From: Rhodosorus marinus CCMP1338
Lineage: Eukaryota > Plantae > Rhodophyta
Assembly (NCBI GenBank): GCA_029953675.1
Contig: JAMWBK010000002.1
Span: 1,674,001-1,738,000, forward strand
Length of the DNA stretch: 64,000 nt
Reading direction: 5' to 3'
The translations under genes were made by a program, and so were the position numbers. Under the pieces are notes generated by a model. That model was not told the DNA's origin. It was given only the letters and a program-made list of their open reading frames with translations, and made no database searches. Positions 34,366 through 45,495 of this stretch are shown here, in pieces; the first letter of the stretch is position 1, and each line of letters starts with the position of its first letter.

Positions 34366-35457
34366 TTAAGATATCGGAAGGCATTCCAGGCAGGCCACAG
34401 CGACACCGGAGTCTCGCGCTACGTTTAGGCCATAGAGTTTTTGAGAATTCTGAAGAGGACATCCGGATCCATTCTTGAGGGTGAACCTCGTCATCGAGAG
34501 GTCGGATCTGATGAACACGTAGTCGTTGATGACGATGGGTTGCGTGGCAGGAGACATGTCGATTCGGACGTCGCTGCAGAACTTCTCAGCCGGGTACTTG
34601 GTCTGGTCGTAGCTTCGTATCCTTCCCATATTGTTGCCTGACTTCTGTATGTACATGTAGAAACTCTTCTGGTTGGGATTCATGGCCATCTGTTTAAAAT
34701 CAAAGCCCTGGGGGTTGGTCCGATCAACTTCCTCGAGAGTGTTCGGGTTCAACTGGAGCAGATAGGATGCACCGTTGCCGGAAGACGTCAGGAATAGATC
34801 ACTGCTTCCGGCGATTTCGAGGTAAGACGTCTGTCCACGAACGATGGAGTAGTTCAGAATTTCCGACATGTTCCGGCTGTACTGAACCACCAACCCCTTG
34901 CTGAACTCGTCGTCACTCTGTGGGCAGATGGAGTAGGTGACGTAGAGATACCTGGCGGTCATTGCAGACATCCCGATATCCTTGATTCTGATGCCCGTAA
35001 TCGAGGGTTCCGGAAGTAGCTGGATCAGCTCCAGCGTCTCAGGGTCCACCACCAGGACCGTTGTCGTCGCCAAGCACGTCATGACCACTGCCGGCTCGTC
35101 GGTGTAGTCGTAACTCGCTGTCAACGCGACCGGCTGGATGCACTTAGTTCCGTAGGTCTTCGATCGCACAAACTCTAGTTTGTTCGTTCCGGACTGAACT
35201 TCGTACATCCGAATTACGCCGTGGTACTCTGCGAGGCTGTTCACCGACGTCACATAAACATATTTCCCCATCGAAACGAGCTGAAACAGCTCAGTTCCGC
35301 TCCCTTCGATAGTCTGGACCGTCTTCAACGACTCTACATCATTGAGCTGGATCGTGTCCTGATACGGACCCGTGATGGCAACCACATTTGCGCCCAAAGC
35401 GGCGCTCAGACACAACGCCGCTACCAACACCACTCCAAACAGTATCGCTTTCGCCAT
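34366..35457 (-). CDS. Secreted beta-propeller-like protein, 363 aa, intronless, function unknown
   Basis: Clear signal peptide, beta-strand repeats (KYVYVTS, RYLYVT, LNPNTLEEV) and an intact long ORF. Paralog of 55573-56601. Confidence 0.7.
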   Translation of the reverse strand: MAKAILFGVVLVAALCLSAALGANVVAITGPYQDTIQLNDVESLKTVQTIEGSGTELFQLVSMGKYVYVTSVNSLAEYHGVIRMYEVQSGTNKLEFVRSKTYGTKCIQPVALTASYDYTDEPAVVMTCLATTTVLVVDPETLELIQLLPEPSITGIRIKDIGMSAMTARYLYVTYSICPQSDDEFSKGLVVQYSRNMSEILNYSIVRGQTSYLEIAGSSDLFLTSSGNGASYLLQLNPNTLEEVDRTNPQGFDFKQMAMNPNQKSFYMYIQKSGNNMGRIRSYDQTKYPAEKFCSDVRIDMSPATQPIVINDYVFIRSDLSMTRFTLKNGSGCPLQNSQKLYGLNVARDSGVAVACLECLPIS

Positions 35458-36569
35458 TTTGTTGCTCTTAATTGTTCGTTCTTTCCTGTCGCGTCCCCGA
35501 CAAGGCTCTCGTTAAAAGCTTGATGTACGTGAGATTCGGTCGAAGATGGAGGTTCTCTCAGAGCTACAGAGATCGATGGAGACGCATGCACCCGTTCTCT
35601 TCTACCCGAGCAACCCCACTGATCACACAGCGGCTAGCAATTTATATACCAACTATAGTGCTAGATATAGGCACGCAGAGATCTAAACTAAGACATTATC
35701 TCTAGAATAGTACAAGATACCTAGATCACGTCATATATATGAACGTGTGAACCAATGAACGTGTTTCAAACAGTCTTGGTAGTTTCCCCGTTGGGATCTG
35801 CGTTCGCCTGACACAAGACGCTACGAAATGGCTGGGCGAACTTCCCATCGTTATTGGACAGTTAGCTAACATGATGTAGTGTGTATTTTCCTATATCGTT
35901 GAATTTGAGAAATATTTCAGGTCTTTCTAAAATTGGAATAAGCCGCCCAGGCCCGCGCCAACCAAAAGTGTCTTTGCGTAAAAGTTTCTTGATATTGTGA
36001 TGGTTGAATTTTGTTCATAAAAAAGAAAATAGTACGAATATGGAAACAGTGTGGCTTTGTCAGCGAAAAAGAGGATTTTTGTTTGCTGAGCGGACAGGGG
36101 TTTCGTTTTACTGTGAACAACGCGGCTTGGGGAACGCACGCCCGTCTTTAGCATCGGATGAATGAACCTGTTGCGCGGTTAAACGCATTTCCACTGGGAA
36201 AGCGGGTTCTAGATTGCTTCAAACTAACCGGAACAGCCGAAGCCTGCTATAGGCAGGGTTTTTGTTTTGTAGCTGTTCGTTACTATTTGTGGAAAGCAGA
36301 ACCGGGAGGTCTTAGTCATGTAGAAAATACGACGGTTTGAAGAAGTCGTAACGTCCGTAGAGTCTTTTGGTTCCCTTCGGACCGTTCACGACTTCTTTTG
36401 GTCACGTCAAGAGCCTCTGTGTCAGATTTCTGAACTGGGAGCCCCCCTGAACGTCCTTCCCTTACCTCATCCTGGAATCAGCCGACAAACCTCTAAACGT
36501 CTATTGAGTACTTTTTTTGTGGATACTGTGATAGTCGAGTTTGTTTAGAAAAAGAAATCAGGAAGAATA

Positions 36570-36830
36570 TGGAAGCAGTGTTGGCTAAAGAACGAGGAGA
36601 GACGGTCAGGGCGTTCGCGGAACACCTCCCGACACCAACTAGAACCAACAAAGTCCATAAACCCAAAACACAAAATGGTCAGAGCGACCTGGCGGTGAGC
36701 TTAAGCCGACGCGCGAATATCCGGGGAAGATAGAGCCTCAGCACATTTCACTTCTTTGTGATGGCGCATAGCGCCAGCGGCAAATCCACGGCGCTCTCCC
36801 GCAGCCGGCAAATATAATAGCTAGCCCGCG
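36570..36830 (-). mobile_element. Degenerate family B RLE fragment
   Basis: Nucleotide similarity to 32150-32410 (GGAGAGACGGTCAGGGCGTTC.CGGAACA; CGGCAAATCCACGGCGCTCTCCCGCAG). Confidence 0.7.
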
Positions 36831-37199
36831 GATTAGCCCCCAACAAATTCGTTCAAATTCATTCTTCCTATAAATGCGCAAGTGGCGACAGTCGAGTTTC
36901 GAGAGCTGCACGTGTATGATAGCGGGGTTTTGGGGGGTGTTTTCCTTAGAGCGCTATGCAGGGGGAAAGCCGCGAGCGCCCCGACCGGATCTCCTAATTA
37001 GTCTGGGGTACTGCTGTGGGCAGCTACCAAGCAAAGTTTACGGTTTCGTTAACCTGGGGTACGACACGCGTTTGAGAAGGATCGAGCCAATCGCGAGATA
37101 GGTATTTTCTAGATGAGACCCCTGAACGGGGCTGCTGGGTATGTTTAGTGCGTACTAAGTATGTTAGTGGTTGACCATCCTGTGGAATACTTGGAGCTC

Positions 37200-38575
37200 C
37201 TACCCCGTTTCAGTGTCGCTCTTTGGGGTTTTGCAAACAAGTCCTGTGCACAGCGTTGGGTATTCCGGTACACCTGATTTCACATATAGATTTTGTTGCC
37301 ACCCACGCACTGCTGGTATGTCATCCTGACGCGATACCGTTGATCACCAGCGCCATTAGGAGGGGAGTCTTCCGCTCAGGTGTGTTTGGTTCCTTCGCGA
37401 GACTCCGCCAAGATCACCAGGTAACAATTCACACCGGAGTCGAGCCAGAAGCGCGGAACCTGATCGGATACAATGAGAGGCTCACACTGCAGACACATGA
37501 AGTTAGCCAACGCATACTTGAACGAGCCATTGAACAGATGGAGAGAGTTAAGCGCATGATATCCCAGCGGTCCACGCCGTTCACTACCTCGGCTTCCGTC
37601 CGTGCGCGCCTGGATGCTCGCCTGGAGTATCTGCGCTCGCGCCTTGAAACGCAGGAACCCGCAGCCCACCGCATGGCCTCCACTGTTACGGAAATAGAGA
37701 GTGAGATCCCCCTGCGGACAGGAGCCGATAACGAAAGTGCACCTATTCCCGAAGTCGCAGCGGGCAATGCACAAAGTGAATTACCGCCAGATCTTGGGCC
37801 CTCTGAAACTTCGGGTACAGGCAGCTCAGAGGCCCAGCCGAGCAGTATGGAAGTGATTCATGATGGAGATACGCCCACCACCGACGAGACACGATCTCTG
37901 AAGAAGTCGAGACAGGAGGATACCCCATCTGCGCCCGAAAACGCCCATTCATGAGCGTCCCAGGTTCGAGAAGCGGCTGAGAGACACCGCGTTGATCACC
38001 ACGGATCCGGAGGCTTGGGAACAACGGCTTCACATGTTCCTAGCCGCACAGACGGACGACGGCCGCCGCTGGTGGATGGTCACACATAGCCCTGTAATGA
38101 CCCGTAAATACGTACCTAATGCCCAGGTCAAGCATTGGAACCTACTACTCCACCGTGCTCTAGGTCTCGCACCGAACACTGCAGCGGTTCCGCCCTTAAG
38201 CCTCTTTATCATGGCACTACCACGCCTGCGCTAGGGATCTGTGATCTTCAGATCGGCGAACAGATAGAAATGCACCGGCTTCTCGACGAAGCTAGGGAGC
38301 ACCATCCCCATAAATGGAACCCGTCTGACGCGAGCGACGAATCACTCCTCGCACTGATCAATAGACAACCGCCAAAAACGGGTCCTGGGCCAAGTGGCCT
38401 TCGCGCCGAGCATCTACAGCCAGTGACTCCAACGAATAGGCCTCTGCTGGTACGGTTCCTGCTCTGTCTCGTGCAGAACCCTGAGGTTACGTTAGTCTGG
38501 TTGTTTTATTAGTGCGCTACGGTAGGTAGCAGCCGAATGAAGGCTACGGGGTTACGTTAGTCTGGGGTTTCGTTA
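37200..38575 (+). mobile_element. Family A CRE-like element, N-terminal region and start of RT, internally deleted
   Basis: CHPDAIP..GVFRSGVFGSF domain, KTGPGPSGLRAEHL (RT domain 0), then the tail motif. Confidence 0.75.
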
Positions 38576-39270
38576 GTCTGGGGTGCCGGTCCAATAACAA
38601 AAACACTCTCTCGAGAGTGCCACCGACAAGGGTTTGAGGTACTTACTGGGGATCCAACGCTGGAAGATATTGACCTGGCGCGCATCCGATCGGCAGACGG
38701 AACAGGATGTGGCGTATGGCGGCGAGACTGTCCTAGTACAGGGCCGAGGTAGTTGAACAGAGGTGAGATGATCTGGAGCATCCGGATGCTGTTGGGGCTA
38801 CCACTACCAGGACTAGCTCGGTCGTACACGTGCACGATTTGTGAACAAGCTCACGATGTACAAGGAATTCAACGTCTGCATCACTGCCGAACGTCGTCAG
38901 GCATGCGAACAAAGCGACATGATGAACTAGAAATGGAGCTGAGCCGATGGATGCACTTGTGGGATTTTACGGACCTACAAGTGGAGCCGCGAGGGTTCTT
39001 TTCCTGGTCGGGTCTTCGACCAGATATTGTAGCAAGGCACCCGACGAGCGGGCATGTGTACGTGGTGGACGTAACGGTGACGTCGCCGCTTCAACGTCAT
39101 CAACTTAGGCAAACGGGCTGGAGAAACGGATACGCAGCGGAGAAAGGGGAGCAAAGCAAAGTGGCACACTACCAGGAGGTAATATGCGTTGAAAGCAGGG
39201 AGGTGATACTCGTACGATTCATTGTTGAGACGTACGAACGGCTGGGCCAGGGGTTACGTCACTCTGCAGC
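38576..39270 (+). mobile_element. Family A zinc finger plus RLE fragment
   Basis: CTICEQAH..LHHCRT..RTKRHDEL, LRPDIVA..YVVDVTVTSP..AEKGEQSKVAHY..RFIVETY. Confidence 0.85.
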
Positions 39271-39386
39271 CTGGGGTATCCAATGAAATAGTCTGGAGTC
39301 TGGGGTATCCAATGAAATAGTCTGGAGTCTGGGGTATCCAATGAAATAGTCTGGAGTCTGGGGTATCCAATGAAATAGTCTAGAGT
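39271..39386. repeat. 4 x 29-bp tandem repeat CTGGGGTATCCAATGAAATAGTCTGGAGT
   Basis: Read directly. Three copies are perfect and the fourth has one substitution. Confidence 0.9.
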
Positions 39387-39399
39387 CTGGGAACGTTAG

Positions 39400-40250
39400 T
39401 CTGGAATCTGGACTGGTATAAGAAGTCTGTGGTTATTCGAGAGTGATGACGAACGTTGGAGAACCCCCCCCGCGTGGGGAAGGAATCTTGAGCGATGAGA
39501 GTGATCCTCTGGGAGACAATTGCTGTCGCGCTGATCAGCTTGAGGAGGGGGAAATCGAAGAAAACTCGGTGCAGTATGTACATGAGTTTACAAATGGTGA
39601 TAAGCCAGCCCATACAATGGATACTGCATCAACGCTTACAGAAGAGAACTTTCTACAGGGCTCCATGCAGAAGTTCTCGAAGTACACCGCCCTTTACGAA
39701 GATGTTGGGGTGGCAGTCGCAGAGATACAGCGTTTTTTCGTTAACGTCGACCGGTTGTACACCTTGGCAGGCACAACGGCTGACCTGAAGGGGATTAATG
39801 ATCATCTGGAGCGTTTGGGTGCAAACCCCACGCTGTGGAACCCCTCGGAAGTGCCGCAAGGAGGTCACCCCCGCCGTGGACAGAACCAGAAGATACCCTA
39901 TCAACTTGGGAGTCAATCCAAGGATCAGTCAACAGAGCAGTCTGGGGGACAACACAACCACGACATCTTCATCCCCTTCTGTCTGGAAACATTTGGGCAG
40001 ATGGGACAACAAGCGAGTGAGTTCCTCAAGGAAGCGACTATACACCTAGATCAGCGGGCAACGCAAGTAAGTGAGGCTCGGGCGATCTTGAACCGCACTC
40101 TTTGGAAAGGAAACGCTATCCTCGCCACCCAAGCTCGTCGTGTCGACAAAGCAGACTATGACATCGTCCCTATCTTAGAACGTAGCCACACAACCCATTA
40201 GGGGTTTCTTTGCTGACCAATAGGATCCTTATTCCTTCTTAATGGGCTCC
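39400..40250 (+). mobile_element. Chimeric or internally deleted CRE-like element (family A 5' end fused to an RLE C-terminus)
   Basis: The 5' part is near-identical to 43460-43800. The 3' part reads FIPFCLETFGQMG..LNRTLWKGNA. Confidence 0.65.
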
Positions 40251-40299
40251 AATAGGGAGCTCTTCAGTAAAGTGTACGCGGTTACACCCAACATCGACG

Positions 40300-40935
40300 G
40301 GACTGTGGCAGCGAAGGCACAACGAAATCTGTACGGAGCTGGCGCGATGGGTGAATCGCTGGAATTTCATCGACATTAAGCAAGAACCGGAGGTGTACTT
40401 CGAGAACTACAGACTAAGACCGGATATCATTGCTACTCATTCCAGGACGCTCCAACGGTATGCGCTAGATGTGACGGTTACATCGCCACTGCAGGAGAAA
40501 TACGTGAATCGGAGTGGGTCAGAGAATGGATATGGAGCGAAACGAGCGGAGATGTGGAAAATGGCACATTACAAAGAGGCGATGTCAGTGGAGAAGCCAG
40601 ACGACAAGCTCATTACCATTGCGATCGAGAGCTTTGGGGGTACAGAACAAATGGCCCAAGAATTTCTACGAGATAGGTGCAAGCATTTGTTGCACCGGAG
40701 CTTAGAACTGAGCGATGTTCGGGCTCAGATCAACCGCAAATTATGGCAGGGGAACGCGGAGATAGCGATAGGCGATCTGCGAGTGGACCAGTTGGCGAAT
40801 CCACTGGTCCCTGTTTTTTGGTTTGACCGTAGCATGAGACCCCGGTAGCGGGGTTAGCGTAAGCTTTTCCGTAGATAGTAGTAGAACTAGTGATAAGCTG
40901 CAGTAGGCAGCTGCCCAGTAAAGTTTACGGTTACG
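40300..40935 (+). mobile_element. RLE C-terminal copy of the 45.5-50.2 kb element
   Basis: Near-identical to 49600-50235, including the tail. Confidence 0.85.
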
Positions 40936-40949
40936 ATAGTCTGTAAATC

Positions 40950-41790
40950 AGCATCCATCGAAGGCCGTACAGCGCACATCGGTTGCGGCATACTCGGCGT
41001 ACTTTAACAGATGCCTTATCCAAGAGGGCACCATTTCGGGTTCCGAAAATTTTGACCGCTTCGACGAAGGACTCAAACCCGACTTCAAAAAATACATTTA
41101 TATACAAGATGTGACAACCTTCGAAGAGGCTCAAGCTCTCGCGTTAAAGATTGAAGGAGCCGAGGCAGCCAGCTACAGCTCGGGGCCGGACACGGGAGCA
41201 TCGAAACAGCGGAAACCGGAACCAAGGGAAACTACCTTCGAGAGAAGAGGAACCCGTTCCGGCAGAAAGTATCTACCTACTATCCAGGAGCTAAAACGTC
41301 GCAACTATGCCAACATTATCTGCGACTACTGTGGAAAAGGGGCCATACGAATTGCATTTGCTGGAGTAATCCAGGAAGGGATCCGACTGTTGCGAAGTCG
41401 GCACCTCCATCAACCCAGCGGTTAGAAGAAGAGCAGCAGTAGGGGACGCCGCTACTGTTGCTGAAAAAGGCGTCCCTATTCCTCTCCACGGGGATATGAC
41501 AGTCCATTGGTTGGTCAACGGCAAGGAAACCCCCCCCTGCTGATCGATACAGGTAGCAGCCATTCTGCCATAAGGGGATTGCCAGAATCGGGGCCGTTGT
41601 TACCTTCCCGACATAGGCGATTGGACACAGCGTCACCGGGCGCATCGATTGACATCCTGGGTGAGGCCGATGTGACCCTGCAACTAGGTGGTCATCACTT
41701 CGATTGGCAGCCCTATGTAGTTGAAGACGCCGCGAGCTCCGGATATTTAGGAAGAGATTTCCTACAAAAAAATATAACGCGCAGCTGAAT
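40950..41790 (+). mobile_element. Ty3/Gypsy-like gag-protease remnant
   Basis: Zinc-knuckle-like CDYCGKG(GH) with a frameshift, and the aspartic protease motif LLIDTGSSHSAI..GRDFL. Confidence 0.65.
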
Positions 41791-41799
41791 TTACTCAAC

Positions 41800-42270
41800 C
41801 ATGCCCTGATCATACAATGATGAACGCCGTGTAGCCGACCTGGTGATCACCTGTGACGACAGCCGCCGTACCACATACGTTGATCTTGCTGTTCCTAACC
41901 CTCAAGCTAGTCGTTATCTCCCCGCTGCGGGGGAGCGCCGTGGATCTGCCGCCGCCAGCATGAGACGCCGCAAAGAGATCAAATACGCGGGGGCTTTGTC
42001 TTCCCCTGGTGTTCGTGCTTCGGCACTAGCACATCGCTTGGTACCCCTGATCATTGAGTGCTTTGGGTTCATGGACTCTGTTGGTTCTCGCTGGCTTCGG
42101 GAGTTGTTCCGCGAACGCCCTGACCGTCTTCAATCGTTGTTTACCCGCTTAAGTTTCCTGCTGTGGCGCATGAATGCCGCTTTGATGTTGGAGGCGCGAG
42201 TACTTCGCGGCGCTTAGTCTTTTTTTCCCCTCGGGGTTTTTTTTTCAGCCTCCGATTAAACCATTCGCAA
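41800..42270 (+). mobile_element. Family B RLE 3' fragment
   Basis: The translation is identical to the C-terminal 124 aa of 54196-54978. Tail CAGCCTCCGATTAAACCATTCG. Confidence 0.9.
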
Positions 42271-43305
42271 TGGGGTTGACGGGAAAACAGTGTCTGCGGA
42301 ATGGCAACCATTAGCAGACTGTGCAAGAGGCACTGAGACGGATCAGACGAGTTCCGCAGGATATGACGGTCCCATTCAAAAAACGCTCTCTCGAGAGTGC
42401 CATCGTCACGCCTTCGAGACACTCACGGAGGATGCAACGGTGGAGGACGTAGACAGGCCATGAATCCGGTGGGCGGCAGGACGGGTTGTGGCGTATGGCT
42501 AAGAGACTGCCCTAACGTGGGTCCGCGGAAATTGAGTTGGGCTGAGATGATCTGGAGCATGAGGATGCTTCTGGGGCTACCCCTACCTGGCCTAGGCCGG
42601 TCATGCAGTTGCACAGTCTGCGAGCAACCACACGATGTGCGTGGGATCCAGCGGCTGCACCACTGCAGGACGTCATCGGGGATGCGAACAAAGAGGCACG
42701 ATGAGCTGAAAGTCGAACTGAGTCGATGGCTACACCTATGGAATTTCACAGAGATAGTAGTAGAGCCTCAGGGGTTCTTTGCTGGGTCCGGAATTCGACC
42801 CGATATTGTAGCACGGCACCCAACGAGTGGTGGCGTGTACGTGGTCGACGTGATGGTAACATCGCCACTTCAAAGGAATCAGTTGAGGCATACGAGCTGG
42901 AGGTGCGGATATGCTGCGAAACAAGCAGAACAAGCGAAGGCGTTGCATTATAAGGAAGTGCTGAGGGTGGAAAACCGAGACCTGGTTTCTGTGCCCTTCA
43001 TTTTGGAGACTTTTGGTCGAATAGGCGAGGCAAGCCTTGAATTTCTTCCCATAGGGACGGCGCATCTGCATGATCGTGACTCCCATCTGTCGTCTGTGAG
43101 GGGTCAATTAAATCGGATTCTGGGGCAGCATAATGCAGCGCTAGTTGAGCATGCGATCGAGAAAGATCGCGCGGATAGAACAATATTTCCCTTGAGTAGA
43201 ACTTAGGTGGGACCCCTGGACAGGGGGTGTAAGTGAGTTTGGGGCGAACATATAGTAGTGGTATTGCGCTGCGGTAGGTAGCTGCCGAATAAAGGCTACG
43301 GGGTG
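42271..43305 (+). mobile_element. Family A-related zinc finger plus RLE 3' region with tail
   Basis: CTVCEQPH..HHC..RHDEL, IRPDIVA..YVVDV, VPFILETFG, stop at 43206 and the tail hairpin motif. Confidence 0.85.
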
Positions 43306-43439
43306 AAGCAGTTAGGTGTGCCTCTCTCGAGAGGGATTGTTGTATGGAACCTTGCTTTACCTCAGGCTGGTCCGGGGTTAGTAAAGCTTACGGTTACGTT
43401 AGTCTGACGTTAGTCTGGAGTAAAGCTTACGGTTACGTT

Positions 43440-45495
43440 AGTCTGGGATAGTCCGGAATCTGATCTGGTATAAGAAGTCTGTGGTATTTGAGAGTGAAGA
43501 CGAACGTTGGAGAACCCCCCCGGGTGGGGAGGGAATCTTGAGCGAGGAGAGTGCCCCTCGGGGGGACAATTGCGGTCGCGCTAATCAGCTTGAGGAGGGG
43601 GGAATCGAAGAAAGCTCAGTGCAGTGTGTACATGAGGTTACCAATGGCCGGTTGTACACCGTCTGGAGCGTTTGGGTGCAAACCCCTTGCTGTGGAACCC
43701 CTCGGAAGTGCCGCAAGGAGGTCACCCCCACCGTGGACAGAACCGGAAGATACCTTATCAACTTGGGAGTCAATCCACGGATAAGTCAACAGAGCAGTCC
43801 GGGGTGGGACACCGAGAGTTGCCAACCATGGGACAACAGCAACTGGGACAGCAGACCCGGGACAGTCCGGGGTGGGACAGCACACTACCACCGCTGCTGG
43901 TATGTCATCCTGACGCGATACCGTTGATCACCAGCCATTGCGAGGGGAGTCTTCCGCTCGGGTGTGTTTGGATCCGCGCTACACTCCGCCAATATCACCA
44001 GGTAACAATTCATACCGGAGTCGAGCCAGACGCGCGGAACCTGATCGGGTACAATGAGACGCTCACACTACAGACACATGAACTTAGCCAACGCACACTT
44101 GAACTAGCCATTGAACAGATGGAGAGATGTAAGCGCCTGATTTCCCTGCGGTCCACGCCGTTCACTACCTCGGCTTCCATCCATGCGCACCTGGATGCTC
44201 GCTAGTAGCTGCGCTCGCGCCTTGAGTCGCAGGAACCCGCAGCCCACCGCATGGCCTCCACAGTCACGGAAGGAGAAAGTGAGATCCCTCTGCGGACAGG
44301 AGCCGATAACGAAAGAGCACCTATTCCCGAAGTCACACCGGGCAATGCACAAAGTGAATTACCGCCAGATCTTGGGCCCTCTGAAACTTCGGGTACAGGC
44401 AGCTCAGAGGCCCAGCCGAGCAGTATTGAAGTGGTTCATGATGAAAATACGCCCACCACCGACGAGACACGATCTCTGAAGAAGTCGAGACAGGAGGATA
44501 CCCCATCTGCGCCCGAAAACGCCCAATCATGAGCGTCCCAGTTTCGAGAACGCGGCTGAGAGACACCGCGTTGATCACCACGGATCCGGAGGCTTGGGAA
44601 CAACGGCTTCACATGTTCCTAGTCGCACAGACGGACGACGGCCGCCGCTGGTGGATGGTCACACATAGCCCTGTAAGGACCCGTGAACACGTACCTAATG
44701 CCCAGGTCAAGCATTGGAACCTACTACTCCACCGTGCTCTAGGTCTCGCACCGAACACTGCAGCGGTTCCGCCTTTAAGGCTCTTTATCATGGCACTACC
44801 TCACCTGCGCTAGGGATCTGTGATCTTCAGATCGGCGAACAAATGGGGCATCTCTTGGAGGGTGAATTCTCAGTTGTATGGAAGCGTTTAAATGTGGCGG
44901 CCACCAGTCAGCCCTCTCCTCGTGAGAGGAGGGCTGATAACGGGAGAGAAACATGGAAAAATAGACAGGTTGTGAAGACAGGTTGTGAAGCTGGCCCATT
45001 CTGGACGCCTCTCTGCAGCTGCACAGCGCCTGGAGGCCACGGAGCTCGCACCGCAGGCGTCGTCCACGTGGAATGGGTGCGTGAGCTATTTCCAGAGGCC
45101 TCGATGGAACCGTTACATCCGGATGTTGCGATAGAAATGCACCGGCTTCTCGACGAAGCTAGGGAGCACCCTCCCCATAAATGGAACCCGTCTGACGCGA
45201 GCGACGAATCACTGATCGCTGATCAATTGACACCCGCCAAAAACGGGTCCTGGGCCAAGTGGCCTTCGCGCCGAGCATCTACAGACAGTGACTCCAACGA
45301 ATAGGCCTCTGCTGGTACGGTTCCTGCTCTGTACCGTGAAGAACCCTGAGGTTACGTTAGTCTGGTTGTTTTAGTAGCGCGCTACGGTAGGTAGCATCTG
45401 AATGAAGGCTACGGGGTTATGTTAGTCTGGGTTTTTTGTAGTGCGCTACGGTAGGTAGCAGCCGAATAAAGGGTACGGGGTTACGTTAGTCTGGG
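43440..45495 (+). mobile_element. Family A element 5' region, degenerate, largely duplicating 39400-39950 and 37300-38560
   Basis: Near-identical nucleotide blocks and the shared breakpoint GAACCCTGAG/GTTACGTTAGTCTGG. Confidence 0.75.

Noticed and set aside
38480-45495. A true telomere array
   Set aside because: There is no long perfect tandem array, only 1-3 motif copies at junctions. It is kept only as a hypothesis.
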